Source: Selaginella moellendorffii
Taxonomy: Eukaryota > Plantae > Lycopodiophyta
Direction of reading: 5' to 3'
Assembly: GCF_000143415.4 (NCBI RefSeq)
Contig: NW_003314283.1
Coordinates: 923,734 to 987,733 of the forward strand
Length of the DNA stretch: 64,000 bases
Under the pieces are notes generated by a model. The model did not search any database and was not told the DNA's origin. It saw nothing but the letters and a program-made list of their open reading frames with translations. Shown here in pieces: positions 35,284 to 48,894 of the stretch. How positions within the stretch are numbered: the stretch's first letter is position 1; every line of letters begins with the position of its first letter. The position numbers and the translations under genes are program-made.

Positions 35284-37289
35284 TCAAAGAATCTGCCAGT
35301 CTTCCTCGCTCGTGGAATCCATTCCCAGATTCAGCTTGTCCAGCCTCAACTCGCTCGTCGATTCACTCGTCTCTTGCTCCTTCGCCAACGTCCTCCCAAA
35401 ACCTTCCGCTACTGTAAACATTGGCGCTCCATTGGATTGACTCGCCAGCTCCGAAGCTCTCGCGCACAAGTCATCCAATTCCTCTACGGACAACAAGCAA
35501 ACGTTAGCTTACACGCGACTCTAACGCTTTTGCCTTTACCCCTGTTCCGGCAGTAGAATCCCAGAGCTAGAGAAGGATCGATTGCATCCAGTGGCATTTT
35601 CCTCACCACACTGCAAAACCAAATCGTCACTACCAGCGACAGGTTTTCATGCACGAGAAACTATCACACCTGCAATGGTACGATGCCGAATCAAACTCCA
35701 AGCTCTCGCCTGAAACGCTCACCACCTAGAGAGCAGCGTGGTGTGAGAAACCGAACAATCGAAAAGATGGAGAGCTTTTCCACTTTTACCTTTTGCACCT
35801 CATGCGGGTCGAGGTACAAGGCCTGGTCGTCCTGGACGCCAACGAAATACACAGACGCAGCAGGCTTTCCACCAGCAATCCCAACACTTTGTGGGAAAGC
35901 AAACGTCGCTCGTAGAGAAGGCAGGTACCTGTGCCAGAGTATTCCAAGCAGCCTCACTACAAGAATTTCGCCACAAAAAAACGTACCGAGGATTGATCTT
36001 GTCCAGGCCCAGGACAAGCGGGACGAGTATCAACACTGGACACTTCCCAGCAACGTCGACGTTGTAGAGAACCGGAGCTCCACCTCGTTCTCCGTGTGCA
36101 TCACCCGAAACCACGTACACGGCCAGATGATCCTCTCCTTGTCGTCCGCGGCCATCGTTCCTAGCCAGAGCTTCGATCGCATGGCACAGCGCATACGGGC
36201 CTAGCCACGACCCCGCAGCCAGGCCGTAAGGACTGCCCGCACGGATAAAGTTATGGATAGAGAACGGGCACGCCGGAGAAGGAGAGTCCACGAAGCTGTG
36301 CAAGATTTCGAGGTACTCCCGAGCATAAGGCTGCATCACCAACATTTGACCAATCTCATGAGCTATCCTGCAACGCCAAGTCCAAACCAGAGCCATCATA
36401 CAAACAGTCACCAAGGCAGGCCGTGCAAGCAAAATATGTAGCAGCAAGAAAAATGTGTGCACCAACCTGCTCTCCTCGCCGCCACCCTCGTCCCAGTCGA
36501 TGGCAAACAAGAGCCTGGAGGAAACAAAACACACGACACCTTTCACGTAAATGAACCAAGAGAACGGCAAAACAAGTCACCTGAGCAAAGAGCATCTGTC
36601 CACTCCTGATCATACACCCCCATCCAACATCGCTCGTGAACTTCGATTCACCGATAGCCTCAAATCCTGCCATACCAAAGCACGTACTCTCGGGCTTTGC
36701 TTTTCTTTCTTTGAATAGAAAGCTCAAAAAGCTTACCTTGCCTGTAAGTAATCCAGATCCTCGAGCTAAAGTCGAGCAAAAAATCCGCAACAGCCTCGGG
36801 AGAAGACGAGGTTGATTCCTTGGCTTCTTCATCCGTGCTGCTGGTCGAAGAAGCACCCATCCTGTAGCAAGCCCCGAGCAGCCAAATGGCGCTGCCCGAA
36901 GAGATCCCATTCCCGCCTCTCATTCCCATGAGGCATTCCTGGATTCGTCTCACGGGCCCAACAGCCCTTCTCACCGCAGCAGTCCATTGCAGTGACCCAG
37001 CCAAGGAATTCAATCCTTTGTCCCTTGCCTTCGCGGCTCCTGCCCGTGCATCAAAAACCCCAAGAGTGGAAGATATCAAAGATGACCACAAAGAAGAAGA
37101 AGAATTTGGAGCAGAAGAATTGGCAGCACCTTCCTCGGCAACCGCAGCGGCGTCGATGATGATTTCCTCGGACGATGGATCGATGCTAGACACTTCCGGC
37201 CCGATTCCCTCGGCCGCTGCCGCTGCTGATACCGCGACCTCGCCATTGATTCTCGCGAGAGGAGGCGGAGGCGATGGAGAGTGCCCCAT
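35284..37289 (-). CDS. ATG4: Cysteine protease ATG4
   Basis: [26 protein letters not shown] (catalytic Cys), [38 protein letters not shown]-terminal EEDWQIL AIM/LIR; multi-exon. Confidence 0.95.
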
Positions 37290-37631
37290 TCTGGAATTCC
37301 GCGCTCGGAACGAGAAAATATTTCAGGGCGGAGGAGAGGGGGAATTCTGTTACCTCGATCGGCAGAGGACGAGCGCCAAATTCTATCGCACGATTTCCGG
37401 AATCTAGAACCTGGATCGAGCTGGCGCGGGGGAGCGCCAAAAGAAAAAACCTACACTCCCCAAAGAACCCTAAAATGGGGAGCGACAAGCCACAACCCAA
37501 AAACTTTTAAGCAAGAATATTCGAGCACAATTAAACAGAGATTATATTACCACAAAATAATCATGCTTAACTCTTTCATAAGCAAATTATACAAAACTTT
37601 CCTCCATTCCGCGGAGATTTTCTTCATCGTT

Positions 37632-39913
37632 TTAAATGGTCATTCCCTGTGGAGCTGCTGGCGCTGGCGTCTTTGGCTTTGGTTTCTCCACTACCACTGC
37701 TTGGGTCGTCAAAACCATGCCCGCCACCGACGCTGCGTTCTGGAGAGCGCAACGAGTTACCTTGGCAGGATCGATCACTCCAGCCTCGAGCAAGTTCTCA
37801 TAAACATCGGTCATTGCGTTGTAGCCAATCTCCCACTCGCTCGCCAGGATCTTCTCCACAACCACGGCTCCCTCCACGCCAGCGTTGTGCGCGATCAAAG
37901 CTGCCGGGGACAAGAGAGCCTGTGTGTATGATCCAAGTGAGAAACAAAGCAAATGATAAGAGAAAAGTTACCTTCTCTACGATGTCAGCTCCAATCTTTT
38001 CCTCGGGGTCTTGCAAGCTTTGCTTGATCTTCGACACAGAGGCCGAGAGGTGTACCATGGCTGCTCCTCCGCCTGGAACGATGCCTTCCTCTATGGCGGC
38101 AAAGGTGGCATTCTTCGCATCTTCGATGCGTAGTTTCCTGTCCTCGAGCTCTACTTCGGTAGCAGCACCCACCTACAAGAGACCACCGCGATTCGGAGTT
38201 TAGAGAAAGAAGAGCAAAAGAAAAAAATCCTTACCTTGATGACTGCCACTCCACCGGAAAGCTTGGCTATTCTCTCCGATAGCTTCTCCGTGTCATAGAC
38301 TGAGTCGGTTTCTGCAAGTTCTTTCTTGAGCTGAGCGATCCGAGCTTGGATCTCGTCCTTGCTCGCGACGTCGGCAATGATCGTTGTTGAGTTGTTGGTG
38401 ATTTTAACTTTGCGTGCTGTTCCCAGCTGCTCGAAAGTGGCGGTCTCGGGTTTTAGCCCAAGATCAGAAGCAATATATTCAGCGCCTATAACATCACGCA
38501 AATGAAAACTTGAACTACAACAAGAAAAGAAAGACTTTTGTATACCTGTGATGATGGCAATGTCCTGAAGGAGTGCTTTCCTCCGCTCTCCAAAGCCAGG
38601 AGCCTTGGTTGCTGCAACGTTGAGAACACCCCGGAGCTTGTTCACGACCAACGTGGCCAGAGCTTCTCCGGACACATCCTCGGCGATGAGGAGCAGCGGA
38701 GCACTCTTTTGAGAAGTCTTCTCCAGCACCGACAATATATCCTTGATGGTTGTGAGCTTTTGGTCCGTGACTAGAACTTTGGCATTGTCGAACTCTACTG
38801 TCGACTTTTCTGGATTGGTCACAAACTGTGGAGAGATGTATCCTCTATCGTACTGCAAAACGTTTGTGTGAGATGAAACTCGGCCAATAAACACCAATTC
38901 GACTCACCTCCATCCCCTCTTCCACATCAACGGACGTTTCAAACGAAGACGACGACTCGATAGAAAGTACTCCGTCGGGGCCGACCTTGTCAATCGCATC
39001 GGCAATCATGTTTCCAACAAAATCATCGTTTCCAGCAGAAATAGTAGCCACAGCTGCAACCAAAGAAGGAATACATTGAGAACCAGAAAAATTATGACAT
39101 GCATCAACTAACCTTTGATGTCTTCCCGTCCCTTGACTGGCCTCGACTTATCCTTGAGCTCCTCAATCAAGGCAGAGACAGTTTTGTCAATGCCTTTTTT
39201 GATTGCCACTGGATTAGCTCCCGAAGTCACGGACAAAAGTCCCATTTTGATGAGCTCTCGTGCCAATACACACGCGGTGGTCGTGCCATCGCCAGCAGAG
39301 TCATTCGTTTTGCTCGCAACCTGTATAAAAGAGACTGATAAGATACGCGAAGAGAAAAAAGAAAGCAAAATGAGGAAGAAAAAAAAAGCTTACTTCTCTG
39401 ATGAGAGCAGCACCCGCATTTTCCATGTTATTTGGAAGCTCAATTGCTCGAGCAATCGTAACACCGTCGTTGACGACTTTAGCATTTCCAAACTCATCCA
39501 ACACCACATTCCTTCCTGGAAATGAAGAAAAGAGGGCATGAAGGGAAAGCTAGAAGGAAGCCTTTTTCTTACCCCGAGGACCAAGCGTGACGCCAACAGC
39601 ATCGGTCAATTTATCAATCCCGGCTTGCAATGCTGCTCGCGAATCCTGGTCGAAGGCAATCTCCTTGGCATTGGCACGAACAACAAATCTATTCCGCCTC
39701 GGCCGACACACCGCTCGCAGCCCCACTGCCGACGCTCTCCCAATTAGCTTCCCCTGCGACGAGCCGGAAGGTCGGCCCAGCTGCTAGAACAAGGAATCGA
39801 GGAGAAATTCACAAAAAGGCCACAGATTCGCGACGAGAAATGGAGCTTACCGAGAGAGGCGCCGCCGCTAGGCATGGCGAGCGATGTGGGAGCAGCGCAT
39901 TGTTGGCCGCCAT
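37632..39913 (-). CDS. CPN60A: Chloroplast chaperonin 60 subunit alpha (RuBisCO large-subunit binding protein alpha)
   Basis: Transit peptide, then [66 protein letters not shown] and PAAPQGMTI. Confidence 0.95.
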
Positions 39914-40030
39914 GCTTGCGCTCCTGCCCTAAAATCGCCCTCTCTAAAGCCCCAAAAACCTTAGAAGCCTCTAGAAAAAATATCTTAATATTCCTCCCCT
40001 GTTAAAAATTTGTCTCGTACACAAAATAAA

Positions 40031-40103
40031 TGGAGATGCCGGGTATCGATCCCGGTACCTCTCGCATGCTAAGCGAGCGCTCTACCATCTGAGCTACATC
40101 CCC
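40031..40103 (-). tRNA. trnA-AGC: tRNA-Ala(AGC)
   Basis: GGGGATGTAGCTCAGATGGTAGAGCGCTCGCTTAGCATGCGAGAGGTACCGGGATCGATACCCGGCATCTCCA cloverleaf on the minus strand. Confidence 0.95.
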
Positions 40104-40510
40104 TTAGCAATTCTATTATTACTAAAATAATCACAAAACTATTTTTAATTAAATTATTACTATTTTAACTAAATCATTATTTACTAATATTAAGAGTTTA
40201 ACAATTTTTATCTTTTTTTTTACGATGGGAGCTACTGGCTAAAGATCGAAGAAGCATTACCAAATGCCATCCCAACATATCAACGATCAGAAGTACCATC
40301 CATCAAGATCAAGACCAACTTGTCGTGAAGAGCTGGTGATAGACAAATGATCAAAATCTGAAGTACCGAGCAAATTTCTATACCAAGACAAGTGGAGTGG
40401 CACTGATGAAGAAAATGTTATACCATATCACTAAAATGAGAAGTAAACTTCTTCCCATTGGCAATTCTGTTCACATGATCGAAGTCACACAAGTATTATA
40501 AACTCCTCCA

Positions 40511-41090
40511 TCAGCGTAGAGAAGAAACAGACTCATCAGACAAAATCCCCAAGTGATCCAAAACATCTTCATCTGCTTCTAAAAGCAATGCCTTGAGCGT
40601 AGCCGAAAGATGCTGACCGAGGCATCCCTTGCCATTGCACTGCTCACATCCTTCTCCAGGACAGAAAACATCCCCCAACCAAGTATCGAGCATGTCAAAA
40701 GACTTGCCATGGGAGCCCAGGTAGGGAAAACAACTATTAAGTCTCGTCGTCCAGTAGTCAACAGTTGCCGAGCATAGAGGAGACCAAAGTTTCGATACCC
40801 CAAACCAATAGTCACCCCCGAGCTGCTCGGAAAGAAAGCGGAAAAGTAACTCCAGCTCTCCATGGATGACTACCTTTCCCCCGAGTCCAGGCGTTGCAAT
40901 GCCTCTATCTGCTTGCGTGAAAAGACCCTCTCCAGAAACAGTTCCCACGGATCCGAAAACGTGGCTTTCTCGGATCCCCCGAGCTCAAACCGAACAGTAA
41001 AATCAGACGCATCAACTTTCAGCTCCCTCTTAAAGTTGATTCGACCACCTCCTCTCAGATCGAAGGCCTGCACTTTTGCCAATGCATGAG
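40511..41090 (-). pseudogene. Hypothetical gene, apparently frameshifted at a G-run near 40880
   Basis: Overlapping ORFs 40870-41082 and 40511-40948 join plausibly at LQRLDSG/GKVVIHGE; CPGEGCEQCNGKGC motif; no recognisable family. Confidence 0.3.
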
Positions 41091-42672
41091 GACCCTGGAC
41101 ATTCCTAATCAGAGCGCCCTAATGTGGCATTAAACTAGATTTAAACTCTAGGTTTTATAGTGGTTTAGATGGCGAAGGGTCTGTGCCCGAGAATGGGAGA
41201 GTTGTTAGAATGATCGTGTGGAGTTTGGAATCGCTTGAAATCGATCATATGATAAGAGCTTCCGGTATTTCACTCGTTCACAGTTGTTGACAAGGATACC
41301 ACGCTGTTTGAGGTGCATACCAGTGGGTGCAAATTAAATCAGTTTGTGATCTTAGCCATGGAGATTTCAGGGCAAAGCAACTCAAGAGATCAATCTTGAG
41401 CTCAAAGGACATGCTCCAAGGATACGGTGCTTCAAGAAGGATATTCTTTTCCCACCTGTTGTAAAAACATTTGTACTAACTCTACCAGAGCTTTGTATGA
41501 TCGACGAAATGCTGGGATTGGTATGTACGTTGTCTTGCCGTAACTCTGATTTGTTACAAGGACGACTTGCAAAGTACTGAACGTGAATCCCCTTCCAAAC
41601 GTGTCAAGGGAGTGTAATTGAAAGCTCAACCTCAAGACTAGTCTTGTTCAATTTTCTAAACTTTGTAAGTGGCTAGATATCAAGATTTCTGGTAGCCTAT
41701 AGTTAAAATAGGTCTAATTTATTTATTAGTTAATTCGTGGGATCTTCTTCTAGGGTTGGATTGACTTTGATCTTTTGAGAAGGGTTTAAGTATTAGTATA
41801 CTATTCTTAACTTAAACTTAATGAATATTTGAAGAATATTCATACATATATGAATATATCTCTTCTCATTGAGGTCCAGGGTTCGACCTTATGCTGCGCT
41901 CATGATCTAAAACATGTAGGTACAAACAACAATATAGGTTCCACTAAGTAAATTACCATAGTGTCCAGACTATAATAAAATGCGAAAACGTTTTGGGGTG
42001 TGTGTGAGATCACGGGACGAGACAACGAAACGAGCAGTGGCTCCATGTGCTATGGTCGCATACTTGGTAGATGCCAGATCGTCACGCTCGTGAGCGCGCA
42101 GCATTCTTTACTCCCTTGTCATTCCCTGGTGATTAAAACCCCATCGCCACACTTCCTTCTCACATTCCACATTCCTTCTTGCGTGCCGGGGATCTCGCAA
42201 GAACAGTAGCGCTGCTCCTCAACCAAGTTCTTCGTCGCGCGCGATCGATCGTCAAGGTAATGGAACTTGGTTCTGCCTGGCTCCTTGCGTGCCAATTCGA
42301 GAGCTCGCCACAAAGAAAGATGTGTTTTCTGGCGAGCTTTATACTTGGCACGCAGCGTGTCGGGCTGACTGACTCCCTCTGGATCATCGTGTCAAAGTTC
42401 CACTACGCCACCACCATTCACGTCTCTGATCCTTTTGTTCTTGACTGTGTCACTGGCTTGACTTGATCCTGTCTTGGAATGGTTGCTCTAGTCCTGTCCA
42501 ATGCTCTCCAAAAGTCTCTTCTGACCGTGACTTAATCCTTCTCGTTGCCATGGTGGTGGTCGAGAGCAGCAGAAACTTAACTTGGTCCTCGCTTGAATGC
42601 TTGCTGTGATGGTCGAGTTGCTCAAGAACATCGCTTGGCTTCTCCCCAGCAAAACTTTCCTGGATGCCATCT

Positions 42673-44279
42673 TCATCCCAGAGAGATCTCAAACAGGTCA
42701 CTCTCGGCCTCCGGGTGTGAGAGCGACGACGTTCTCCGGCCCGACCACCAGTGAGAGTCGAGCCTTCGAATCGAGAAGAGCTCGCTGCCCTCGCCACCGT
42801 TAGTGGCGGTGCTGGATTTGCTGGCACTGCTTAAAACGTTGGTGGTGGTCGTCGTGGTCGTGGTGGTGTTGCTGCGGCCGTTATAGCTGCTCGGGTCGGC
42901 CGCTCTGTGGTCGTTTGCTGGCATGAATTCGAAGGAGCACTGGCCGAAATTCACGAGCAGTGTCACGTCGTAGTTTGATGCCACTGTTGCATGTAGAGGA
43001 TAGCCAAATTCTCTGCTGCTACCATCGTTGCAGCTCAGCTCTCCCACAAGCTCTCCATCGAGAGTGAAAAAGAATCGTCTCGACTGCGGGCTGTAGCCGC
43101 AGCCTATTGTTGTGTTGGTAGTGCTCGCCCATCCGAACTTCTTCTTCCGCAGGAGCTTGCTGTCATGGCTATCGACTTGAAGCATCCCTGTAGAAAACAC
43201 GATGGAATTAGTTAGAATAGTTTTTTTTCCCTCGCAAACGCATGCTCACCATTGAGAAAGATGCGGCCGTCGGAGTGCAAGCCTACGGATCCTTGTTCCA
43301 GGCCTGGCAACCTGAACGGAGGAGCAGCACTCGGACTAAATCCCACCCCCAAAGTTCGAGTTTTCTCATTACCATCTTCTTGATCAATCCCTGTTGTTGT
43401 TGTCGTCGTTGGATCAAACGCTTTTCTGTCGTGGCCATTAGCTTGAATCCTCGTCTGGACGATCTTCTTGGTGGAGGAAGCTTTAGAGTCTCGCTGATGG
43501 AATCCATTACCCTTGCTTCCCGACTGCGTGAGCGGATACTTCTCCGACGGGGATGGTCTCAGTATCAACTTCATGTTCTCGCTGTCCGTGGAAGACGAGA
43601 TCTCGGACGCTAGAACGCTCCTCTCCTCGGAACCAACAGCAACGATGGTTATCTCAAAGTATCCTTCGGGAGGGAACGCGCCAGACGGGGGGCCGGGCAA
43701 AGGCAGTGCCGACTGTAGAGCTTGAATGAGCACAACTTGGACATCAGCGTCTAGTTGCAGAGCTGCCGGACGAGCGAGCCTTGGATTGAGCCTGATAAGT
43801 TGCATGTAATCGGACCCTGGACCAATCTCCCAAGCGATCTCCGGCTGGAAGGCCTCTCCAAGGCAGCACTTCGTGCAAAGCACGAACGCATCCGCGGACG
43901 AAACCGGGCACTGCGAAGAACAATGGTACGTGAACGCAAATGCCGCCCATCCCCGGTCAATAGCGTCGGCTAAGAGATAAGTCGACTCGAGCCAGTCGAA
44001 ACTTCTCACTGGATACGAACCCCTCCACCTTGCGGCCATTTGGATTCCCTCCATAGCTGCTAGATCCAGTCCTTTCATACCCGAGAACGATCTGTCATAC
44101 GGGAAAAGCCCACCGCCCCCATCACCATCTAGATCGTGCTTGTCTCTTGGAAGTCTCGGATGCTTTGGAAACCTTCTCGTCTTGAGAGCTCGTAGCACGC
44201 AAGTGATGACTAAAGTAGCGAGCAGCAAACTGGCAATGGGTAAACCCACAGCCAAAGCGATCTTCCTCCATGTCTGCAT
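42673..44279 (-). CDS. N-terminally membrane-anchored SPRY-domain protein
   Basis: N-terminal hydrophobic helix; YFEITI, FRLPGLEQGSVGLHSDGRIFLNG, intron, then TIGCGYSP...FFFTLDGEL...VNFGQCSFEF (SPRY motifs). Confidence 0.85.
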
Positions 44280-45285
44280 AAGTTCCCACCGCTAGAACTT
44301 TTTTTCTTCCCGGAAGAAACGATCTGATCCCTGTGCTGCTGGATTTTTATCCTTTTCTCGCTTCCCAACCAAGAATTCCTGTTCTAGTAGCTCCAACTTA
44401 GATCTTGTCCAAGCCCGTACGAAAATCCTTGTCAACCATCACCCACCAAAAGCTCCAAATCTAAAAAAATCTCTCCCAGCCGCTAAGTAGCAATATATCA
44501 TCCCCGCGAATCACTAGAAAAACTAGTCAAGCCGAAGATCTTGAATGTAAGAAGCTCTCACCTAGGAAGGTAATTGCAATGGACTTTACTTACATTCCAG
44601 CGAAACTGCCTGGATGTCGACAGATCAAAAAGAGAAAAAATGGAAAAAAAGAAAGATCGGTCAGCACGACTCCTGGAGATCAACGACGAAATAATCAAAC
44701 CTGCTGAGAGCGATCGATCGATCGATACCATCCATCCAGAAAATTGCCGCGCGGCTCAGAAAAAGTCGCGCCTGGATCCGCGATCGATTCACAATGCCAG
44801 CGGAGAAATTCACATTGACAGCCGAAATATCGCCAGAGATCTTCGATCCGGGCGATCGAGCTGCGATATTGCGGATCGATCAATGCAGGAGCGCGGCGCG
44901 CAGCATAAAATCCCTCTCACCGCGCCTTAACCCTATGCGCTGCCCTTGCTTGCGCCGGGGGCCATGGCGATACCCTCCATCTCGCCATGATCCCCCAAGG
45001 GAAATGCGGGGGAGAATCAGGGAAAAGTCCCGCTGCCACTGCCAGCTCAGCCGACGAATATACCAGGTGGATATTGCTGGGAGCCGTTGATGAGTGGTGC
45101 CAGTGAGGTGTCAGCCGTTAGATAAGCGCAACTTGTAAGCACACTGTCATTTCGTAGCATAGCATGGAAAAGCATACACGATCCAACACGTTAGTGGCTG
45201 TCTATGGAAGATACTTCGTTGTAGATAGTAGCCGATAAAATTCTATTAGATTGAAGTATATGGTATTGGTATAAATTCCCAACAT

Positions 45286-45358
45286 GGGGATGTAGCTCAG
45301 ATGGTAGAGCGCTCGCTTAGCATGCGAGAGGCACCGGGATCGATACCCGGCATCTCCA
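45286..45358 (+). tRNA. trnA-AGC: tRNA-Ala(AGC)
   Basis: 73-nt cloverleaf differing by one base from the copy at 40031. Confidence 0.95.
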
Positions 45359-45494
45359 ACGGAAAAAATATGGCTTTGAGAATATGCTTTTTTGTTGCTT
45401 TAATGATTTTTGAATTATTGTGTTTTAAGATAATATGAATCATATTAATTAAATTATTTAGTAAATATTTGAAGGAATTCTTGCCTCTTGCCAA

Positions 45495-45535
45495 GCGGAT
45501 GTAGCTCAGATGGTAGAGCGCGCGCGGCATCTCCA
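45495..45535 (+). pseudogene. Internally deleted tRNA-Ala copy
   Basis: gcggatgtagctcagatggtagagcgcgcgcggcatctcca keeps the acceptor stem and D-arm but lacks the anticodon and T arms; the 3' flank is also partly duplicated. Confidence 0.8.
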
Positions 45536-45728
45536 AAACATTGAATTATTTAAGGTAATGTGAATAAACGAACATCAAACACAACCTCAGGACGACGGAG
45601 AACAAAAAATCGTTTTTTTTTCTCTCATAAATTTCCATTTTTCTCTTCCCTGTACAACAAGAACATCGCCTACAAAAAAGCTTTGTGTGTGGAGAACCAA
45701 AAACTCAAAAACTCCGTGTTGTTGGCCA

Positions 45729-47627
45729 TCACTTGACGGACTTTGGAGTGGAAGGCGATGGCGATCCCCGCGGCGATGGATAATTGACTTGGCAGGAGCC
45801 GTCGACTTTGCCTTGCTTGGGATCCAACTCCGCCAAGTCGTGCTCCGCCTTCCAAAGCTTGCGCTTCAAGTAGTTCACCCTCTTCTCCGACGCAAGCTTC
45901 TCAAACCTCTCCTTGCTCAGCTCCGCCTCGAGGCTGTCCGCCTGGCTTTGGAGCCCCTTGCACTTGTCACCGTCGATCCCGGCCTGGGTCTGGTACTCCT
46001 TGGTCTTGATCTTACACGTCTCGATTTTGGAGTGAGCCTTCTTCAGCGTCTCCTGAACCACCTGCAACAATGCCAACCAAAGTTTTAGAGTCGATCGATC
46101 ACCATCTTCTTCGAGTGTGAAGTTTAAGCTAGAAGTTTGATCGCTCGGGAAGTTCTGAGAAAAAACAACAGCTCTAGCAGTTTGTCAAGAAAGTAAAAGG
46201 AAGAACAAAGAAAAAGTAGTTTTGTAGCAGGAAAGCTGTGACAACAAGGAGGCAAAACAAACATAAGCTGTAAAAATCGAATCTTGACTGAAAATCACGC
46301 ACAGAAAAAAGAGAAGAAAGGAGACGAACTTGAAAGAAGAATCCTGGTCTAGGACTAGAAATAAGGAAACATTCCTACTTACAGAGATGCAACCCTCGAG
46401 GTGCTGGTTGGCGATCTCCAACCGGATGACTTTGTCACGAACTCTGGCCAGCTTCTTGTTCTCGTTGACAACGTAGTCACGCAAGAGCTTGAGGTGCTCG
46501 ATCAGCCTCTGGAGCCGTCCAATCTCCTCGGCAAAGATATCTCGCTCCACTTTGATTTCCTGTGCCACCGAGTGTTAATACGGAGAAAGAAGAAGCTTGC
46601 ATTGAAAGAAAAAACTGGCAAAAACACTCGCATGATATTCTTACTCTCGTTCTCGTCACGCGGATGTCCTTGCGTAGCAAATTGAGCTCGTCGAGCTGTG
46701 CTTCGTACGTGTTTCTCAGGTCGCCTAAACGAGTCTTCAATCCTGTGCCGTGAAAGAAGAAGAAAGTTTCGTAAGTAGAACAAGAAAGAGAGGAGAGAGG
46801 AAGAACACGAAAGAAGATTACAATTTCTCACAAGCTTGAGAGGACAAAAGCAAGGACGAACCACAGATTCTAGCTCTCAATCTAGACACGCTTCCAGTGC
46901 GAGGAGCTCCTTCTAGACCAAGCATCTCGAGCTCCTCAATGTCCTTCTCAAGCTTCCTGCAGTAAGAAAGAACGTTTGATCCATAGCTCGCAAAGTTCCA
47001 CTTTGATCACTAGCAAGAACAACCAAGAGCAAAAGCTCTAGAACACACAAGAACAAAGAGAACACTAGCAAACTCTAGGAAAGAAGAGAGATCTTGACAA
47101 AGAACAAGAGAAAGAAGAGATGGAATGGGATGGAGTGCTTGCCTGTTTTCCAGATCGATGGTGGAGACATGGACCTTGTGGACCTTGAAGTAGTCGGCTT
47201 GCTCTCGCAAAGCCTTCCTCAAATCCTTCACCTCCTCTATCAAAGACTCCTTGTCCCTGTAAGCCAAAACCAGCCTTTGCGTCCTCACACACGAGCTCCG
47301 GATCTTGGGCGACACTGGCCCCGTCTGTGGCGCCGGCGCCGAGAACGTTGGCGCGATGCAAAACGCAATGCCTCCATCCACCGCCGGGCAAATGCTCCCG
47401 CGCAGAGCTCCCGTGGGCGAGATCCACGTCCCGGCGCCCACACCGCCCACGCTCTTCTCGGCGCTCTCCGCCGATCGAATCGGCTTCCACGGCTCCAATT
47501 TCACGTTGGGGCCGGCATTCACCACCAGCGCCGGGGGCTTGGCCGCGCCGGGAGGGAAATAGATGCTGCCCGAGCGCTGCTGGACGGTGGCCACGCTCCC
47601 CCTGTGGCGAACCATCTTCTTGGCCAT
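45729..47627 (-). CDS. Multi-exon coiled-coil protein, function unknown (boundaries approximate)
   Basis: Series of minus-strand E/K/L-rich heptad exons with GT-AG junctions (YRDKESLIEEVKDLRKAL, FAEEIGRLQRLIEHL, LEAELSKERFEKL). Confidence 0.6.
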
Positions 47628-48085
47628 CACCAATCCTGGCGATCCCGGCTCAGCGTCGCCGATCGCCGCCCAGATCCAGCAACCCTTTTGGAGCTAGATC
47701 CGACCCAGGTGCTCCGATTGCAGCCCCATCCCGCGGATTCGCCGATTTCTCCCTAGGTTTTCCTCCCGCGATTGCGCATTCTTTGCTCATCGCATTGCCC
47801 CTCTCCTGTGCCCAATCTGCCAAATCCGCCACCTGGAGAGCGAGGAGCGAGGCCCGATCGAGCTCCAGAGTAGCCAAGATCCAAGAATTTGGGAGGAGCG
47901 CTGATTTACCGCTGGACAGGGCAGCAAAGATTCAAAAGGAAAGCCCAAACTGCCGCGTTCACGTGAACTACCGCATGAACTGTGACACGTGGCACTTGTA
48001 TTTAGGGCACCTTGATTCTAGGGTTTGGGGATTTTATTTATTTTTTGACCTCTCTTGTGTTCTTCGTCCCCCGCCGTGATCTTCG

Positions 48086-48731
48086 ATGGCGCGATTGGTT
48101 GTTGCGATTGCCCTGGCCGCGATCTTTGCGGCGATTGCTGGAGCTGAGGTGATCTCGCTCAACGATGCTACTTTCACTGATAAGGTCTGTACGTTTTCCA
48201 AAATTTCGAGAGATTTTGACCGAAATCTTTGTTTCTTTCGCTGTTTGATCGCTCTCCAGGTGAAGGAGCAAGACACGGTGTGGTTCATCAAGTTCTTCGC
48301 GCCGTGGTGTGGCCACTGGTAACAAATTCCTTTCGCGAGCTCTTTTCTTTTTTTTTTTTCCCGATGGATGGATGGATCGATTTGCTCTTGCGCAGTAAGC
48401 GATTGGCCCCGACCTGGGACGAGCTCGGCAAGGCGATCGAGAGCGAGGCCGGTGTGGAAGTCGCGAGAGTGGATTGCACGGTCGATCGAGCGGTTTGCGA
48501 GAAAGCTGGAGTTAACGCTTACCCGACTCTCAAGATTTTTTACAACGGCGAAGAAGTGAAGAAGTACTCGGGTAAGCTCTTCCTCCGTTCTTCTTTCTCG
48601 TTCACTTTCGATTGATCGATGGTGTTTTGCTTGTTCTTCCAGGAGCTCGCGATCTGGACTCCCTTAAAAAGTTCGCCATCGATTCGGCAGCGGAGATCTC
48701 CAAAGCCAAGCTCGAGAACGACAGTCTTTAA
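48086..48731 (+). CDS. Single-thioredoxin-domain protein disulfide isomerase-like protein (PDIL5-1 type)
   Basis: Signal peptide; WFIKFFAPWCGHC (split by an intron), ARVDC, YPTLKIF; ends NDSL; 4 exons. Confidence 0.9.
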
Positions 48732-48894
48732 CTCGACGAGTGAATTTAACGTAGAAATAAACAAGCTAGACGCTGTAGATAAGAACAGATTGATCAGTTC
48801 ACAGATTGAGATACTACCTTAAGTTCTCCAGATCTTTCTTCTTTTCTTTGTCGCAGAGGTCGCGATTTTTTCGAAGCTCGCGAGATTCCAAGTT

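Noticed and set aside
41870-41892. B-box-like GGTTCGA (tRNA or SINE)
   Set aside because: No cloverleaf or A-box
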